Positions 1-9,026 of a DNA stretch of 20,000 bases are shown here, piece by piece. The notes beneath the pieces are model-generated. The model did no database searches, was not told where the DNA came from, and worked only from the letters and a program-made list of their open reading frames with translations. Position 1 is the first letter of the stretch. The number at the start of each line of letters is the position of its first letter. The position numbers and the translations under genes are program-made. The stretch lies in the IMG/VR virus record IMGVR_UViG_3300033148_003715. One strand, 5' to 3'. The DNA is from an uncultured virus (IMG/VR IMGVR_UViG_3300033148_003715) (lineage: Duplodnaviria; Heunggongvirae; Uroviricota; Caudoviricetes).

Positions 1-762
1 ACCGGCTACGACATGACGCCCGACTCGGGGGCGACGATCGTCTGGTTCGTCCAGCGCGCGTACTCGCTCGAGAACCTGCCGAGCGGGAACCCCTCGAGAA
101 CGATCCCCTCGGACCAGGTCGCGGGCGAGGTCCCGGACGCGACCCCGACCCAGAAGGGGGTCATGGTCTTCGCCACCGACGGAGAGGTCGCGGCAAGCAA
201 GGCCGTCCAGGGCAACGACTCCAGGCTGGCGAGTGGGAACGTCCCGGTCGGGACCGTGATCGACTGGCTCCGTCCCACCACGGGCGTCGCGGTCCCGACC
301 GGGTACTGGCCCTGTGACGGCTCCACCGTCACCGCCACCGGGGGGATCTTCGACGGCTTCACCACGCCGGACCTGCGGGACAAGTTCGTCCGCGGCTACT
401 CGGGCGCGCTCGGTTCCTACCCGCCGTTCACCACGGGCGGCTCCGACACCCACACCCACGGCAACACCGGGAGCGCGAGTCCGAACACGAACAGCCAGTC
501 GCCCGGCACGGATAGCCAGGGCGGTCACGACCACACCGGCACCACCGGCACCACGAACATCGGAACCTTCGTCGCCAGCTCCGGCGGGGACGCGCTCGCC
601 CTCACCGCGGCCGGTCACTCCCATACGATCGGCACCGACGGGGCCCACACCCACACGGTCAATTCCCACTCCCACACGGTCGACAGCCACGCCCACACAA
701 CCGGCTCGGGCAACAACGTGCCCGCATGGGTCGGGCTCTACAAGCTGCTCCGAGTCACATAG
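1..762 (+). CDS. Phage tail fibre / tail-collar domain protein (C-terminal part, 5' truncated by window)
   Basis: Frame is open from position 1. PDATPTQKGVMVFAT resembles the tail-fibre repeat. VPVGTVIDW..VPTGYWPCDG..TTPDLRDKFVRG is a tail-collar motif. Repeated HxH motifs follow (HTH, HDH, HSH, HTH, HSH, HAH), then an NNVPAWVGL..L end typical of collar-type fibres. Confidence 0.85.
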   Translation, partial: TGYDMTPDSGATIVWFVQRAYSLENLPSGNPSRTIPSDQVAGEVPDATPTQKGVMVFATDGEVAASKAVQGNDSRLASGNVPVGTVIDWLRPTTGVAVPTGYWPCDGSTVTATGGIFDGFTTPDLRDKFVRGYSGALGSYPPFTTGGSDTHTHGNTGSASPNTNSQSPGTDSQGGHDHTGTTGTTNIGTFVASSGGDALALTAAGHSHTIGTDGAHTHTVNSHSHTVDSHAHTTGSGNNVPAWVGLYKLLRVT

Positions 763-785
763 GAACACCAGACAGGAGAGAAGGA

Positions 786-1061
786 ATGAAGACACTCGCG
801 TTGGGATTCGTGTTCGCGCTCGCGGGCTGCTGTTCGTGCCCGCACGCGGTCACGACCGCCAAGGGCATGATCTCCACCCTGAAAGGAGACATGAACGACG
901 ACTCGCTCCCGATCGAGGCCAGGGAGATCGCCACCGACGATCACGACGCCTTCTGGGCGATCGTCAACCACCTCGACGACACCCCGCTTCCCGAGGACGT
1001 CGCTGCCCGCAAGGCGGTCAGGGACGAGGCGAAGAAGGCCGCGGCCGGAGGCGGCCAGTGA
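786..1061 (+). CDS. Small predicted lipoprotein
   Basis: AGGAG and AAGGA purine tract before ATG786. MKTLALGFVFALAG|C has a basic N-terminus, a hydrophobic core and an LAGC lipobox. The stop overlaps the next GTG (GTGA). Confidence 0.75.
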   Translation: MKTLALGFVFALAGCCSCPHAVTTAKGMISTLKGDMNDDSLPIEAREIATDDHDAFWAIVNHLDDTPLPEDVAARKAVRDEAKKAAAGGGQ

Positions 1062-1579
1062 GCGAGCAGATCAAGGCTGCGCTCGTCGACCTCCTCAGGG
1101 AGAAGACGAGCGGCGAGATCGGCTCCCACCTCCTCTCGCAGGAACCGAAGGAGTGGATCGACAAGGCAAGTATACTCCTCGGCGACCGCGGCGAGGGCTG
1201 GCTCGACGAGGTCCTCGACGCGGGCGAGGACCTGGTCGACGCGGAGGCGGACGGCGAGTACGCCAAGGCCGGCGCGGAGGCGATCACGCTCCTCAGGGAG
1301 AACAAGCAGCCGTTCCTCCGCATGGGCGACGTGACCCTGGCCTGGGTGGCGGCCAACTTCGACGACGACCAGGAGGAGGCGAAGCGCGTCTACATGGCGA
1401 CCCGAGCCACCTACGCGGAGCGCCGCGCGTACAAGCACGCCCTCACGGACCATCTGATCGACTGGACCGCCGAGGCCAGCGACGCCTGGGACGCGGTCGC
1501 GGACGTGTTGGGCAAGATCGGGAACATCGGCCTCAGGCTGATCACCAAGGCAGCGCTCGGCACGATCGGGCTCGCCTGA
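1058..1579 (+). CDS. Hypothetical alpha-helical protein
   Basis: 3' part of ORF 314..1579. GGAGG lies upstream and GTG1058 is coupled to the TGA of the lipoprotein gene. Protein-like composition starts at VSEQIKAALVDLL. Confidence 0.75.
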   Translation: MSEQIKAALVDLLREKTSGEIGSHLLSQEPKEWIDKASILLGDRGEGWLDEVLDAGEDLVDAEADGEYAKAGAEAITLLRENKQPFLRMGDVTLAWVAANFDDDQEEAKRVYMATRATYAERRAYKHALTDHLIDWTAEASDAWDAVADVLGKIGNIGLRLITKAALGTIGLA

Positions 1580-1582
1580 GAA

Positions 1583-1600
1583 GTTTGGGATATCGCAAAG
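1583..1600. promoter_or_regulatory. 18-bp palindrome copy 1 (GTTTGGGATATCGCAAAG, 2 mismatches)
   Basis: Between stop 1579 and the AAGGAG RBS of the next gene. 16/18 match to GTTTGGGATATCCCAAAC. Confidence 0.7.
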
Positions 1601-1615
1601 CGAAAGGAGTAGACG

Positions 1616-1990
1616 ATGGACAAGTGGAGTGAGGGGCAGTTCACAAAGCTGCTCGAGGAGGTGCAGGAGCCGTTCCAGGACGGCTTCGACTGGGAGGACA
1701 TTCCCAAGGCGCTCAAGACGAGCCTCGATGTCGTCCAGGGCCTCGACGAGCTGACCAACACGGAGAAGCGCGACGGGGCGATCAAGCTCGGCCGGGGGCT
1801 GCTCGAGAAGCATCTACCCGTGCTGCTCGACGAGCACGACCTACCGTGGGTGCCGGCCATGCTCGAGAAGACCGTCGTCGACCCGTGGCTGCTCAAGGGA
1901 GCCCTCTGGGCCTACGACCGGTTCGCACCCGATCTGTTCACCTGGGTCGTCGACGCCGCCAAGGGGAGGCTTGCGATCAAGCAGGGATAG
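1616..1990 (+). CDS. Hypothetical protein (possibly membrane-associated or holin-like)
   Basis: AAGGAG RBS, ATG start, good codon bias, moderately hydrophobic C-terminal half. Last gene before the terminator. Confidence 0.75.
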   Translation: MDKWSEGQFTKLLEEVQEPFQDGFDWEDIPKALKTSLDVVQGLDELTNTEKRDGAIKLGRGLLEKHLPVLLDEHDLPWVPAMLEKTVVDPWLLKGALWAYDRFAPDLFTWVVDAAKGRLAIKQG

Positions 1991-2030
1991 CTGCACTGGT
2001 CGACCCCCCACCGGGTCGTCCGACTTCCGA

Positions 2031-2073
2031 AGCTGCGGCGTTGCGGGGTGTTCCTGCAACGCCGCAGTTCTTT
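2031..2073 (+). terminator. Probable intrinsic terminator ending the virion module
   Basis: Perfect 12-bp stem CTGCGGCGTTGC (2033-2044) / GCAACGCCGCAG (2056-2067), extendable with G-U and G-C pairs, followed by TTCTTT. About 40 nt after stop 1990. Confidence 0.65.
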
Positions 2074-2133
2074 GATGGGCCGAGGGGTCTAATAGAGAGA
2101 CCTTTGAGAAAAGCAGTTAAAGGAAGAAGTACT

Positions 2134-2640
2134 ATGCAGATCACGTATAAGGATCTGGGCCAACCCTTCCTTGTCTGGTGGCAATCGGTCCCGTGGAGGA
2201 AGACCCCGATCTTGACCGTGTCGTGGCCTGGCCTGATAGTGATCGGGGCCGATCCAGAGTGGCCGGACGGGTTCACTCCCTCAAGGTTGGACGGGTGGGG
2301 CAAGTGCTCGTTCAGGTTCGCCAAGGTAAGGAATCTCCCGGGCGTGCGTTCCCTCCCCGATGTACCGGTCCCGAACCTCGAGCCTGTTCTCGATCTCAAA
2401 CGCGGCCACCTCCAGAAGGGGAAGCCGGGTTTGAGATCGGATCGTGAGATCAAGTTCGGCGAGCGTGGGGTCTATTTGGGTATGGGAGACAGATCCAAGA
2501 TCAGGAGAGCGCTCGGGACGTCCTCGAGTCAGATCCTCGAGTTCCGACTGTTCGAGTCCGAGGAGCCCGAGGGACTGAAGGTGATCGTCTACAAGAGCAA
2601 GAGGATGAGGGTGATCGCGTCGGTCTCGGAGGGAGAGTGA
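2134..2640 (+). CDS. Hypothetical protein
   Basis: AAGGAAG upstream of ATG2134. 3' part of ORF 1846..2640. The stop overlaps the GTG of the SNF2 gene. Confidence 0.65.
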   Translation: MQITYKDLGQPFLVWWQSVPWRKTPILTVSWPGLIVIGADPEWPDGFTPSRLDGWGKCSFRFAKVRNLPGVRSLPDVPVPNLEPVLDLKRGHLQKGKPGLRSDREIKFGERGVYLGMGDRSKIRRALGTSSSQILEFRLFESEEPEGLKVIVYKSKRMRVIASVSEGE

Positions 2641-4352
2641 TCCTCGTCTCCCTGACCCGGGCGGGCACGGTCGGGCTCAGACCCAAGACCAGAGCCGACC
2701 GTGCCCGCCTAAGGTCTATCCCGTACGTGAAGCGGACCCGCAGCGGGGTCGGGGCTACGTGGTGGACCTATCTGTCGGATCTGCGCCGAGACGTGCCGGC
2801 TCGTCAGCTCTGTTGGGACCCAGGGGTGGTCGGCCGTCTCCGCGCGTTGAAGCTCTCCCTGGACGAGCGCCTCAAGGGCGACGACGACGAGGTCCTGCGT
2901 GAGTTTGCCGACGGGGTCGAGCCATACCGGTTTCAGATCCAGGCGATTCATTGCGCGCTCAACGTGAAGCGCCTCCTGATCGCCGACGACACCGGGCTTG
3001 GGAAAACCATTGAGACCATCGGGACCATGCAGGTCGCGATGGCTAGAGGTCTGGTTCGGCGTGCGATCCTAGTCGTCCCGTCCGGGGTGAAGGTCCAGTG
3101 GTACGAGGAGATCCACCGCTTCGCTCGTTGTCCGCCTGATCCGATCGTGGTCGTCATGGGGGGATCGCCCAAGACCAGGAAGACCATCTACAAGAAGTCC
3201 TGGCGGGTCCTGGTGATCAACCCCGAGCTGGTCAGGATCGACAGCCGACACATCGACCGCGTGGAGGATGTCGACTTCGTCGTCCTCGACGAGGCGAGCT
3301 GTATTCGGAACCCCGACACAGCCATCGCCTACACGATGAAGGAGCTGTTCAAAAGGACCAAGTTCCGACTCGCCCTCACGGCGACACCGGTCGAGAACCG
3401 ACTCGCCGATCTTTGGTCGGTCTTCGAGTGGGTGGACAGGCGCGTGTTTCTATCGAAGAGGTACTTCGATAGCCGATACATCGTTTGGAAGAAGCGCAAG
3501 CTGACCGTCTACAGTAATCGGCTCAAGCGCAATGTGACGATCACCAAAGAGGAGCCTTTGCGATATCGCAAACTCCGTGAGGTTCAGGCGAAGATTCGAC
3601 CCGCCTACATCCGACGTCGAGTCAGCGACGTCGAGATTGAGCTTCCAGGCTTGATCGTCAAGTGGGAGACGATCCACCTTCCCAAGAGACAGAGGCTCGT
3701 CTACGAGGCCATCAAGGACAAGGTCATCGCCAAGCTCGCGGGACTGCGAGGTGCCGCGCTCCGGGCTCCCCTCCAGGCCCTCAGGCAGGCGTGCAACAGC
3801 ACGGCACTGGTGGAGCGGGCCGGGGGGCAGAAGCCCGTCCACGCCAAGGTGGACCGGATCCGGGAGCTGCTCGAGACCGAGCTGGCCGGCGAGCAGGTGA
3901 TCGTCTTCACCGACTACGAGCGGTTCGTCAGGCTCATGATGGACGAGCTGCGCCAGTACCGCCCCGTGGCCTACACGGGGAAGATGACCAAGCGGGACAA
4001 GCAGCGGGCCGTAGAGGCGTTCCGGCTCGGGGACCGGCGGCTCCTCCTCGGGACCAAGGCGCTCGAGCGCGGGCACAACCTCCAGAACGCCTCGATTGTG
4101 ATCAACGTCGACCTGCCCTGGAACCCGGCCGCGGTAGCCCAGCGGATCGGGAGGATCCGCCGGATCGGGTCCGAGCACGGCACGTGCAGGTTGATCAACA
4201 TGATCGCCAAGGGGACGGTCGAAGAGAAGCTGATCATGCGGAAGCTCTACCTCAAGAACAAGCTGTTCCTGGATCTGTTCGAGTCAGCGAGTGACGTCAC
4301 GTTTGACCTGTTCGAATCCATGGGCGGGGCGGAGGTAGCGGACTTCCTGTGA
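2637..4352 (+). CDS. SNF2-family (SF2) helicase/ATPase
   Basis: Motifs YQ-like PYRFQ, LIADDTGLGKT (I), VVLDEAS (II), LTATPVENRLADLWS (III), VIVFT (IV), GHNLQNASIVINVDLPWNPA..QRIGRIRRIG (V/VI). Confidence 0.93.
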   Translation: MILVSLTRAGTVGLRPKTRADRARLRSIPYVKRTRSGVGATWWTYLSDLRRDVPARQLCWDPGVVGRLRALKLSLDERLKGDDDEVLREFADGVEPYRFQIQAIHCALNVKRLLIADDTGLGKTIETIGTMQVAMARGLVRRAILVVPSGVKVQWYEEIHRFARCPPDPIVVVMGGSPKTRKTIYKKSWRVLVINPELVRIDSRHIDRVEDVDFVVLDEASCIRNPDTAIAYTMKELFKRTKFRLALTATPVENRLADLWSVFEWVDRRVFLSKRYFDSRYIVWKKRKLTVYSNRLKRNVTITKEEPLRYRKLREVQAKIRPAYIRRRVSDVEIELPGLIVKWETIHLPKRQRLVYEAIKDKVIAKLAGLRGAALRAPLQALRQACNSTALVERAGGQKPVHAKVDRIRELLETELAGEQVIVFTDYERFVRLMMDELRQYRPVAYTGKMTKRDKQRAVEAFRLGDRRLLLGTKALERGHNLQNASIVINVDLPWNPAAVAQRIGRIRRIGSEHGTCRLINMIAKGTVEEKLIMRKLYLKNKLFLDLFESASDVTFDLFESMGGAEVADFL

Positions 4353-4387
4353 CCGCCGCACAGGGATCTAATCAGATAGGAGGACGC

Positions 4388-4975
4388 ATGAAGATCGAGA
4401 TCGGGCAAGGCGAGGAGATCGTGATCACCCTGGAGGATACGGACGGGGAGTTCACGATCAAGTGGGGAGAGGAGGCGCTCACGATCGAGGCCGACCTACC
4501 CGACGACGAGGGGCGCGGCGGGCACGTCGAGCTGAACGAGCGCAAGGTCGACCCTGACCAACCGGACTGCGACCCGGTCATCTACCGGGAGACGTTCGGG
4601 CGCGACATGGACGAGGGGGGGAACAAGATCCCGCCGGTCGGGGTCGTGACGATCAGTGGCGGTTACGGGCCCGACGGCGAGCCGCTGGAGCAGAAGGTTG
4701 AGATCGTGGGCGGACTTCGGCATCGCGACAAGCTCCTCGGGGACCTCGCGGCGGAGCTGAAGCGGCGCGACCACCACAACGCCAAGGTCCAGCTCGAGAA
4801 CCGCGGCCACATGCAGACGACGAACGTGATCCACATTCACGCTCGCCTCGTCGACGCCGAGGGTGAGGTGCTGCTCGACGGCTACTTCGGCACGGTCCTC
4901 GAGTACGTGGTCGAGGACATCTACTGGGACGAGAACGGCGACTGGGCCGACGCGGTGCGGGTCGAGTTCGAGTAG
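4388..4975 (+). CDS. Acidic hypothetical protein
   Basis: AGGAGG RBS before ATG4388 (alternative coupled GTG at 4349). Strong GC3 bias and D/E-rich. Confidence 0.75.
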   Translation: MKIEIGQGEEIVITLEDTDGEFTIKWGEEALTIEADLPDDEGRGGHVELNERKVDPDQPDCDPVIYRETFGRDMDEGGNKIPPVGVVTISGGYGPDGEPLEQKVEIVGGLRHRDKLLGDLAAELKRRDHHNAKVQLENRGHMQTTNVIHIHARLVDAEGEVLLDGYFGTVLEYVVEDIYWDENGDWADAVRVEFE

Positions 4976-4988
4976 GTCCTCGGTCTTC

Positions 4989-5010
4989 GAGTTTGGGATA
5001 TCCCAAACTC
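4989..5010. promoter_or_regulatory. 18-bp palindrome copy 2 (extends to perfect 22-bp GAGTTTGGGATATCCCAAACTC)
   Basis: Perfect palindrome in the gap immediately before the dnaE RBS (AAGGAG). Confidence 0.8.
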
Positions 5011-5022
5011 TCAAGGAGAAGC

Positions 5023-8000
5023 ATGGCTCGTAAGAAGACCTTCTTCCCGATGCTTCACACTCATGACGAATACAGCATCAAGGACGGATGCAGCACGGTC
5101 GAGACCTACGCGAAGATCGTGAAGGGGCTCGGGGGTGACTCGCTTGCCGTGACCAATCACGGCCAGGCGGCGGGATTTGCCCGGCAGTGGTTCGCTTGCA
5201 AGGACCAGGGGATCAAGCCCATCTTCGGCCTCGAGGCCTACCTGTGCGAGGACCGCCACTCTACCGTCAGGGATGTCCTGGTCGAACTGAGGAAGAAGGA
5301 CAAGAAGGCGAAGGGCAAGGACCTCTCGATCCGCGCCAAGATCGCCAAGGCCGACGCTTTCCTCAAGGAGCGGTTCCGGCCGAGCCCTCATTCGGTCTTG
5401 CTGGCCCAAACCCGGGAGGGATACCGCAACCTGGTCCGAGTCTCGTCCGACTCCTGGCAGCGCGGCTTCTACTACGTGCCCAGGACCGACACGGCGTTTC
5501 TCGCCGAGCACGCCGAGGGGCTCGCCTACTCAACGGCCTGCATGGGCGGCTACATTCCTAAGCTCGCCAGGGACGACCCCGAGAAGGCCCTCAGGGAGGC
5601 CAGGAGGCTTCAAAAAGCATTCGAGGGGAGATTCTATGTCGAGCTGCTCATGACCGAGTACGGGCCCCAGAGGGAGTCCAACCAGGCTATGCTTGAGCTG
5701 GCCCACGAGATCGGGGCTCGGACGATCCTGACCTGCGACGTCCACTACGCGCGCCCGCGGGACTCGAAGGCGCAGGACACGCTCCTGCTAATGCGGGACA
5801 AGAAGACCATCAAGGACCGCGAGACCGGCGGCGAGGTCTGGCAATTCGAGACCAAGGACCTCTACTGGAAGACGCTCGAGCGCGTCGTCGAGTGCTGGCG
5901 AGACCATCACGGCGACTACCTGGATCGGAAGACGTTCAAGCGGTCGGTCAGGAACACCTACGCGCTCGCGGAGTCGATCGAGCACATAGAGTTCGACACG
6001 AGCCTGAAGCTCCCGGGGGTGTTTGAGAATCCCCAGGCCACGTTGAGGGAGCTGGTCGTGGTAGGGCTACGCCTCCGGGTGGCTCGTGGCGAGGTCCCGG
6101 CCAGTGGGAAGACGAGGCGCGACTACGTGGACCGGATCAAGCGCGAGCTGACCGTGGTCAACGTGAAGGGGTTCGCGGAGTACTTCCTTGTCCTGCACGA
6201 CGTGTGCGACCACGCCCGGAAGATTGGCTCGCGCATGGGCCCCGGCCGGGGGAGCGCGGGCGGTTCGCTCCTTGCGTTCCTCCTGCGAATCACCGAGATC
6301 GACCCACTGCGATTCTCGCTCCTGTTCGAGCGGTTCCTGGACGAGAACAGGCCAGACCCGCCCGACATCGACCTCGACTTCTCTCCCGAGCACCGCGACG
6401 CGATCAAGCAGTACGTGCAGGACCAGTACCCGGCCACGGCAACGATCGGATCGTTCGGCACCTTCAAGCCCAGGACGACGATTCAGAACGTGGCCCGCGT
6501 CTACGGGCTCGACCACCGCGAGGTCCTGAAGATCACCAAGCCCCTCGGGACCGACGCGGATAAGAAGACGTGGGATGAGGTGTTTGATCTCTGGCCTGAG
6601 GTCGAGGAGTTCGCCGACGACAACCCCGAGGCGTGGGAGGTGATCAAGACCCTCCGGGGGTTGATCTCCCACCGGGGTAAGAACGCCGCCGGGGTCCTGA
6701 TCGCGCCGGCTTCGGCTCTGGACGAGATCCCCATGATCGTCGAGCCCGACACGGGCCAGGTCGTGACTGCGTTTCCAGACAGCCAGGGCGATGGGGTCAC
6801 CTATCACGGGCGTGAGCTGACCAGGTTGGGCTACTTGAAGCTCGACATCCTCGGGGTCCGCAACCTCAATATCGCTCCTTTGGCGGCCGAGATCCTCGAG
6901 CGCGAGACCGGCGAGATGGTCGATCTGTCGGTGTCGTCTATGCCGCTCGACGACGCTCCGACTCTCGCGACGGCCTCGACGGCTGTCGTGCCTGGCGTAT
7001 TCCAGCTCGACTCGGCGACGACGCGCCCGATCCTCAAGCACGTCGGCGTTGACTCGTTCATTGACCTCGTCATGGTGACCGCGCTCTGTCGACCCGGCCC
7101 GCTCAAGCACGAGATCCATCGCGAGTTTTCACGACTCAAGCGGGCCGGCGGCGAGTGGAAGCGCGGCCTCCACCCGAAGCTCGTCCCGCTTCTCCGGGAG
7201 AGCCGCGGACTCATGATTCTCCAAGAGGATGTTATGGCCGTCGTCCAGGTCCTCGGGGGTCTCACGTTCGGCGAGGCCAACATGGTGCGTAAGGTGATCG
7301 GGAAGAAGCTCGACCCGGCTGCATTCAAGCCCTGGTGGGAGAAGTTCCTCGAGGGCGGTCTCGCTTTGGATCATTCCAAGGAGGAGCTAGAAGGAACGTG
7401 GTCGAAGATTGTCACCTTCGCCCGCTATGGATTCCCGAAAGCTCACGGGGTCGCCTACATGCTGACTAGCTATCAGCAGCTCTACATGCTCACCCACCAT
7501 CCACTGTTCTACTTTGCCGCGCTCCTCGCCCAGACCCCGCGCTCGAAGAAGACCAACTGGGGCGAGGAGAAGCTCGTCGGATTCATGCGGTCCGCCATGG
7601 GAGGCAGCCTGTCCGTGTTGGGTCCAGACGCGAGAGCCGGTTCGATCGAGTTCGACGTCGAGGACGGGGCGATCAGGTTCGGCCTCTCGAAGATCAAGGG
7701 AGTCGCGAGCGCGGCCGAGGCCGTCCTGGCCGCGCGACCCTTCTCGACCCTCTCGGAGTTCCACGACAAGATCGAGAAGAAGAAGGCGAACGCGCGAGTC
7801 GTGAAGGCCTTGATCTACTCCGGTGCGCTAGACGGACTCCGGCTCGGACGCGGTCTCGAGCGGGCCGAGCACGAGGCGCGCGAGCAGGGCGTTTTCCCGG
7901 AGGAGATCGAGTGGAGGAACGTGCTCATCGCGGGCTATCACGCCCTGCGGAAGACCAAGGGCGATCCTGACGTGTTTCTCTCGGGCTCGCTCCTCGATCG

Positions 8001-8406
8001 CGAGAGGGAGCTGATTGGGTTTGCGTTCTCCTGGTGGGGGTCTAATCAGAAGGGAGAGCTGAGAGAACAGGAAGGGCTCGAGACGATTGCCTGGCACGAA
8101 GAGGAAGACGTGACTCGGACGGAGATCCTGGCCGAGGTGACGAGGGCAAAGATCCACAAGAGCAAGCGCGGCCCTATGGCGTTCCTGACCCTGGCTGACG
8201 AGACCGGGTTGATCGAGAATGTGACGATCTTCGCCGAGCAGTGGAAGCACTACCGGGACCGTCTCAAGCCCGGGAGGATCGTGGTGATCCGCCTCAGACG
8301 GCGCGAGAGCACCAACCCACGCTACGGCGAGTTCAGCTACTACCTGGACGACCGCGCCGACGAGCAGGTCGAGCCCGCACAGCGCGCCCTCAGGAGAGGT
8401 AGGTGA
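5023..8406 (+). CDS. dnaE: DNA polymerase III alpha subunit (DnaE-type, family C)
   Basis: PHP domain motifs LHTHDEYSIKDG, TNHG, IKPIFGLEAY, TCDVHY. Polymerase motifs GPGRGSAGGSL, LLFERFL..RPDPPDIDLDF, LKLDILG, GVFQL, RPGPL, YGFPKAHGVAY, IRFGLSKIKGV. C-terminal OB fold (MAFLTLADETG). AAGGAG RBS before ATG5023. Confidence 0.97.
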   Translation: MARKKTFFPMLHTHDEYSIKDGCSTVETYAKIVKGLGGDSLAVTNHGQAAGFARQWFACKDQGIKPIFGLEAYLCEDRHSTVRDVLVELRKKDKKAKGKDLSIRAKIAKADAFLKERFRPSPHSVLLAQTREGYRNLVRVSSDSWQRGFYYVPRTDTAFLAEHAEGLAYSTACMGGYIPKLARDDPEKALREARRLQKAFEGRFYVELLMTEYGPQRESNQAMLELAHEIGARTILTCDVHYARPRDSKAQDTLLLMRDKKTIKDRETGGEVWQFETKDLYWKTLERVVECWRDHHGDYLDRKTFKRSVRNTYALAESIEHIEFDTSLKLPGVFENPQATLRELVVVGLRLRVARGEVPASGKTRRDYVDRIKRELTVVNVKGFAEYFLVLHDVCDHARKIGSRMGPGRGSAGGSLLAFLLRITEIDPLRFSLLFERFLDENRPDPPDIDLDFSPEHRDAIKQYVQDQYPATATIGSFGTFKPRTTIQNVARVYGLDHREVLKITKPLGTDADKKTWDEVFDLWPEVEEFADDNPEAWEVIKTLRGLISHRGKNAAGVLIAPASALDEIPMIVEPDTGQVVTAFPDSQGDGVTYHGRELTRLGYLKLDILGVRNLNIAPLAAEILERETGEMVDLSVSSMPLDDAPTLATASTAVVPGVFQLDSATTRPILKHVGVDSFIDLVMVTALCRPGPLKHEIHREFSRLKRAGGEWKRGLHPKLVPLLRESRGLMILQEDVMAVVQVLGGLTFGEANMVRKVIGKKLDPAAFKPWWEKFLEGGLALDHSKEELEGTWSKIVTFARYGFPKAHGVAYMLTSYQQLYMLTHHPLFYFAALLAQTPRSKKTNWGEEKLVGFMRSAMGGSLSVLGPDARAGSIEFDVEDGAIRFGLSKIKGVASAAEAVLAARPFSTLSEFHDKIEKKKANARVVKALIYSGALDGLRLGRGLERAEHEAREQGVFPEEIEWRNVLIAGYHALRKTKGDPDVFLSGSLLDRERELIGFAFSWWGSNQKGELREQEGLETIAWHEEEDVTRTEILAEVTRAKIHKSKRGPMAFLTLADETGLIENVTIFAEQWKHYRDRLKPGRIVVIRLRRRESTNPRYGEFSYYLDDRADEQVEPAQRALRRGR

Positions 8407-9026
8407 GCGAGTGCCAGGTCTGCCGCGGCTCACGGCACGTCTGGGACAAGGAGGCCGGGTCGTGGGTGTCGTGCGAGTGCCTACAGACCGAGCGAGCCCT
8501 GGCCCGGTACCGGTCGGCCGGGGTGCCGACCTGGCTCGAGGGGATGACGTGGCGGAGTTTCCTCGATTCACATCAGGTCTCGGACCCGGCTACGCTTCTT
8601 CGAATCGCAGCCAAGCTCAGGCGGGGTGAGCTACCGTGCGAGGGTCTCCTCGTTCACGGGAGGCCATCGCGGTCCAGAACCACGGCCGCGGCTCTCGTGC
8701 TCAGGTCCGCGTGTGATGCCGGGCTCGGGGTCCACTCAGTCACGATTCCGGCCTTGATCGACATCGAGTTTGACCGTGACCGCTCGCATCCCGAGGCTCT
8801 CGAGGCTGACGTGTTGTCGATCAGGTGCGGGGGCGAACCCGCGCACAAGTGGAACGGCTACGTCCTCGAGAAGGTGTTCCGATCCAGGGCCACAGCGGGC
8901 CTGTTCACCATGGTCGTCGCGGATCGTGATCCGGGTAGGCTCGAGGCCCTTTATAGGTCTGGTACGGTCGCGGACACGCTCAGACAATTCGTCAAGACAC
9001 GGGTCGCCCCGGAGGGAGTCGAGTGA
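8403..9026 (+). CDS. DnaC/IstB-like helicase-loader homolog with N-terminal Zn finger and degenerate P-loop
   Basis: CQVCRG..CEC..RYRSAGVP N-terminus as in phage DnaC-like proteins. GLLVHG followed by RPSRSRT instead of xxGxGKT. C-terminal R...GLFTMV sensor-like region. Directly upstream of and coupled to dnaB. Confidence 0.65.
   Translation: MSECQVCRGSRHVWDKEAGSWVSCECLQTERALARYRSAGVPTWLEGMTWRSFLDSHQVSDPATLLRIAAKLRRGELPCEGLLVHGRPSRSRTTAAALVLRSACDAGLGVHSVTIPALIDIEFDRDRSHPEALEADVLSIRCGGEPAHKWNGYVLEKVFRSRATAGLFTMVVADRDPGRLEALYRSGTVADTLRQFVKTRVAPEGVE

Noticed and set aside
314..1057. 5' extension of ORF 314..1579
   Set aside because: Pro/Arg/Thr-rich off-frame shadow of the tail fibre and lipoprotein genes. 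The real start is the coupled GTG1058.
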